NCBI GenBank assembly: GCA_963710605.1
Contig: CAVQBA010000004.1
Coordinates: forward strand, 1,152,001 to 1,216,000
DNA length: 64,000 nt
Reading direction: 5' to 3'
Source of the DNA: an uncultured cyanobacterium
GTDB taxonomy: Bacteria; Cyanobacteriota; Cyanobacteriia; Cyanobacteriales; Cyanobacteriaceae
Shown: positions 61,166 through 64,000 of the stretch, piece by piece
Layout: each line of letters starts with the position of its first letter
How positions within the stretch are numbered: the stretch's first letter is position 1
Made by a program: the position numbers and the translations under genes
Notes under the pieces: model-generated
Told to the model about the DNA's origin: nothing
The model's input: the letters and a program-made list of their open reading frames with translations, nothing else
Database searches by the model: none

Positions 61166-61202
61166 TAACTTTTAACTTTTAACTTTTAACTTTTAACTTT
61201 TA
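61166..61202. repeat. Heptamer array (TAACTTT)x5 overlapping the stop of the 61186 gene
   Basis: Encodes the terminal LKVKS* of that gene. Confidence 0.88.
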
Positions 61203-62424
61203 AAACTGCTTTAACTGCCTCAGTAAGGGCGATCGAACAATGAGTCCAATGTGTGCCTCCTTGGCAATAAACTATATAAGGCTCTCTTAATGGACCATCA
61301 GCAGACAGTTCTAAAGTACTGCCATCGATAAAAGTACCACCAGCCATCACCAAATCACTTTCATAACCGGGCATAGGTGCAGGAACGGGATCTAGATACG
61401 ATCCGACAGGAGAAAATCTTTGGATTGCTCGACAAAAGGCGATCAGTTTTTCAGCACTACCCAATTTAACCGCTTGAATAATATCTCGACGTGGTTCAAA
61501 TGGTAAGGGATTGACTTCATATCCTAATTCTTGAAATACATAAGCAATCAAATGACTACTCTTAACTGCTTCAGCGACAATCTGCGGAGACAAAAATAAA
61601 CCTTGAAATAAAAGACGATTTTGATCGAATGTCGCCCCCCCACTACTACCAATCCCGGGGGCAGTTAAACGGCAACAGGCTTTCTCTACTAGCTCTTTTT
61701 TTCCTGCTACATAGCCACCTGCAGTGACGATCGTTCCCCCAGGGTTTTTAATTAACGAACTTGCCATTAAATCTGCTCCGACGGCAGTTGGTTCAAGGGT
61801 TTCTAAAAATTCTCCGTAACAGTTATCCACAAAACAAACAGTATCAGGATTTTGTTGTTTAATTATGGTGATAATACGCTTAATATCAGCGATCGATAAA
61901 CTTTGTCGCCAAGAATAACCACAAGAGCGTTGGATTAAAGCTAATTTAGTTTCCGGTTTAATTGCGGTTTTTAATCCATCCCAATCAATACCACCTGTTG
62001 AAGTTAATTCTAATTCTCGATAATTAATTCCCCATTCTTGTAGTGTACCTTGTCCTCCCCCTCGTACTACACCGATAACTTCTTCAAGAGTGTCATAAGG
62101 ATGTCCTGCTACGGCTAACATTTCATCTTTTGGGCGTAATACACCATATAGACAAGAAGCGATCGCATGAGTACCAGAAACGAATTGAACTCGAACAGCG
62201 GCTGTTTCGGCTTCAAAAACTTGAGCAAAAACTTGATCTAAAACTTCTCTACCTAAATCATCATGCCCATAACCGCTCACGCTAGCAAAATGCTGTACTC
62301 CCAAACGATGTTCGTTAAATGATTGTAAAATTTTAGTTAAATGTTGCTTTACTTGTTGATCAATTTGGGCAAACTGAGGTAATAGTTCTTGTTCAGCTTT
62401 TTGAATTAGCGAGTCAACGTTCAT
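61186..62424 (-). CDS. Methionine gamma-lyase family / aluminium-resistance (YnbB-like) PLP protein
   Basis: GYGHDDLGR, FVSGTHAI, QRSCGY, VDNCYGEF, SLIKNPGG, ELSADGP. Confidence 0.88.
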   Translation of the reverse strand: MNVDSLIQKAEQELLPQFAQIDQQVKQHLTKILQSFNEHRLGVQHFASVSGYGHDDLGREVLDQVFAQVFEAETAAVRVQFVSGTHAIASCLYGVLRPKDEMLAVAGHPYDTLEEVIGVVRGGGQGTLQEWGINYRELELTSTGGIDWDGLKTAIKPETKLALIQRSCGYSWRQSLSIADIKRIITIIKQQNPDTVCFVDNCYGEFLETLEPTAVGADLMASSLIKNPGGTIVTAGGYVAGKKELVEKACCRLTAPGIGSSGGATFDQNRLLFQGLFLSPQIVAEAVKSSHLIAYVFQELGYEVNPLPFEPRRDIIQAVKLGSAEKLIAFCRAIQRFSPVGSYLDPVPAPMPGYESDLVMAGGTFIDGSTLELSADGPLREPYIVYCQGGTHWTHCSIALTEAVKAVLKVKS

Positions 62425-62859
62425 ATATTTTTTTATTCTTTAACAAATTTAGGCTTATCTAATTTGATTATTTTATGATGATCAGTAAAATCATGATCAA
62501 TTTTCTTGATCAAAATCAATTATCTGCAAAAAAATAAGTACGATCGTCGCAGATGAGCGATCGCTTTGATTCTCTTTGTTCAACAACTAACTATTTAAGC
62601 CACAATCAAAAAAAGCGATCTAACAGTAAATTAATGTATTTAACGATTAAACAGCAAATATAAACAAAAACTCCTATGATGGTAGCTTAGAACTATATTT
62701 AGTGATTATAAGCTCACTTAAAATTGATTAGTTACCTTTTTTAGTACTTGACACAAAAATTTTAAAAAATGCTACTATTTGTGTGATACTCAAATATCAA
62801 TCGTTTAAATCAAAAAAAATCAATTATATTTATCTTTATCTAGACTTGTAAGTATTATT

Positions 62860-64000
62860 ATGAAAGCAATGATTCTCGCCGCTGGTAAGGGTACACGTGT
62901 TCGTCCTATTACACATATTGTACCCAAACCTTTAATTCCTATTTTACAAAAACCTGTGATGGAATTTTTGGTTGAACTACTTAGACAGCATGGCTTTGAC
63001 CAAATTATGGTTAATGTGAGTCACTTAGCCGAAGACATCGAAAACTATTTTCGTGATGGACAACGTTTTGGTGTTGAAATAGGTTATTCTTTTGAAGGTC
63101 ATGTAGAAGATGGCGAATTAGTTGGTGAGGCTTTAGGTTCGGCTGGTGGATTAAAAAAAATTCAAGACTTTAATCCTTTTTTTGACGATACTTTTGTTGT
63201 TTTATGCGGTGATGCTTTAATTGATTTAGATTTAACTGAAGTTGTTAAACAACATCGAGAAAAAGGTGCGATTGCTACAGTAGTTACTAAATCAGTGCCG
63301 AGAGAAGATGTTCCTAGTTATGGTGTGGTGGTGACAGATGCTGAGGATAAAATTGTCGCTTTCCAAGAAAAACCTTCTGTGGAAGAAGCTTTAAGTACAC
63401 AAATAAATACAGGTATATATATATTTGAGCCAGAAATTTTTAAGTATATACCTTCAAACCAAGAATTTGATATTGGGAGTGAACTTTTTCCTAAGTTAGT
63501 GGAATTAGAATTACCATTTTACGCCGTTAATATGGAGTTTGAATGGGTTGATATTGGAAAAGTTCCTGATTATTGGGAAGCGATTCGATTGGTGTTAAAA
63601 GGAGAGATTAAAAATGTTTCTATTCCGGGTAAGGAAGTCAAACCCGGTGTTTATACAGGAGTTAATGTTTCAGTTAATTGGGATAAAGTTGATATAACAG
63701 GACCAGTTTATATCGGTGGAATGACTCATATAGAAGATGGAGCAAAAATAGTAGGTCCTAGTATGATTGGACCAAATTGCTGGGTTTGTGGCGGTGCTAC
63801 GGTTGATAACAGCGTTATTTTTGAGTATTCTCGTCTTTGTGCGGGAGTTCGTTTAGTTGATAAACTTGTTTTTGGACGTTATTGTGTTGATAAAACAGGT
63901 AGTGCGATCGATATTAAAGCCGCCGCTATTGATTGGCTGATAACAGATGCACGCTCTCGTAAGGACACTAATGTAGTTAATCTTGATAGTGTAGTTCACA
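62860..64000 (+). CDS. cugP: NDP-sugar pyrophosphorylase (CugP-like UDP-glucose pyrophosphorylase), 3'-partial
   Basis: Manual translation MKAMILAAGKGTRVRPITHIVPKPLIPILQKPVMEF...; open to the window end. Confidence 0.8.
   Translation, partial: MKAMILAAGKGTRVRPITHIVPKPLIPILQKPVMEFLVELLRQHGFDQIMVNVSHLAEDIENYFRDGQRFGVEIGYSFEGHVEDGELVGEALGSAGGLKKIQDFNPFFDDTFVVLCGDALIDLDLTEVVKQHREKGAIATVVTKSVPREDVPSYGVVVTDAEDKIVAFQEKPSVEEALSTQINTGIYIFEPEIFKYIPSNQEFDIGSELFPKLVELELPFYAVNMEFEWVDIGKVPDYWEAIRLVLKGEIKNVSIPGKEVKPGVYTGVNVSVNWDKVDITGPVYIGGMTHIEDGAKIVGPSMIGPNCWVCGGATVDNSVIFEYSRLCAGVRLVDKLVFGRYCVDKTGSAIDIKAAAIDWLITDARSRKDTNVVNLDSVVH

Overview
AT-rich chromosomal window from a unicellular cyanobacterium. psbM, por, cyAbrB, an SLH-porin and frequent CGATCG/GCGATCGC (HIP1) support this; a Cyanobacterium/Geminocystis-like lineage is my inference. 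Most of the window is housekeeping genes (cysK, sdhB, rimK, fbaA, glcD, aroE, hisH, por, psbM, queG, cugP-like, tRNA-Gly, tRNA-His). Accessory content: (1) two tandem DUF4214 S-layer-like genes plus a remnant of a third, converging on a methyltransferase/GT4/GT4 glycan operon whose methyltransferase carries a 42-bp VNTR; (2) a four-helix-bundle (IVP/Avd-like) gene bracketed by inverted heptamer arrays in which both neighbouring genes end; (3) the V4R/phycobiliprotein-like/ferredoxin/TPR operon (slr0144-slr0151-like), lacking its kinase; (4) an unannotated ~320-nt structured transcription unit with a perfect Shine-Dalgarno and a 24-codon ORF upstream of the porin; (5) a HigBA-type TA pair, an orphan dndE, an orphan EH-signature (ZorC-like) gene and an IS605 element with a frameshifted tnpB; (6) many heptamer arrays, MITE/REP-like elements and very small dispersed repeats. 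At least six genes carry single-base lesions, which could be real decay or assembly error. All family calls come from recognising motifs by eye; no database search was run.
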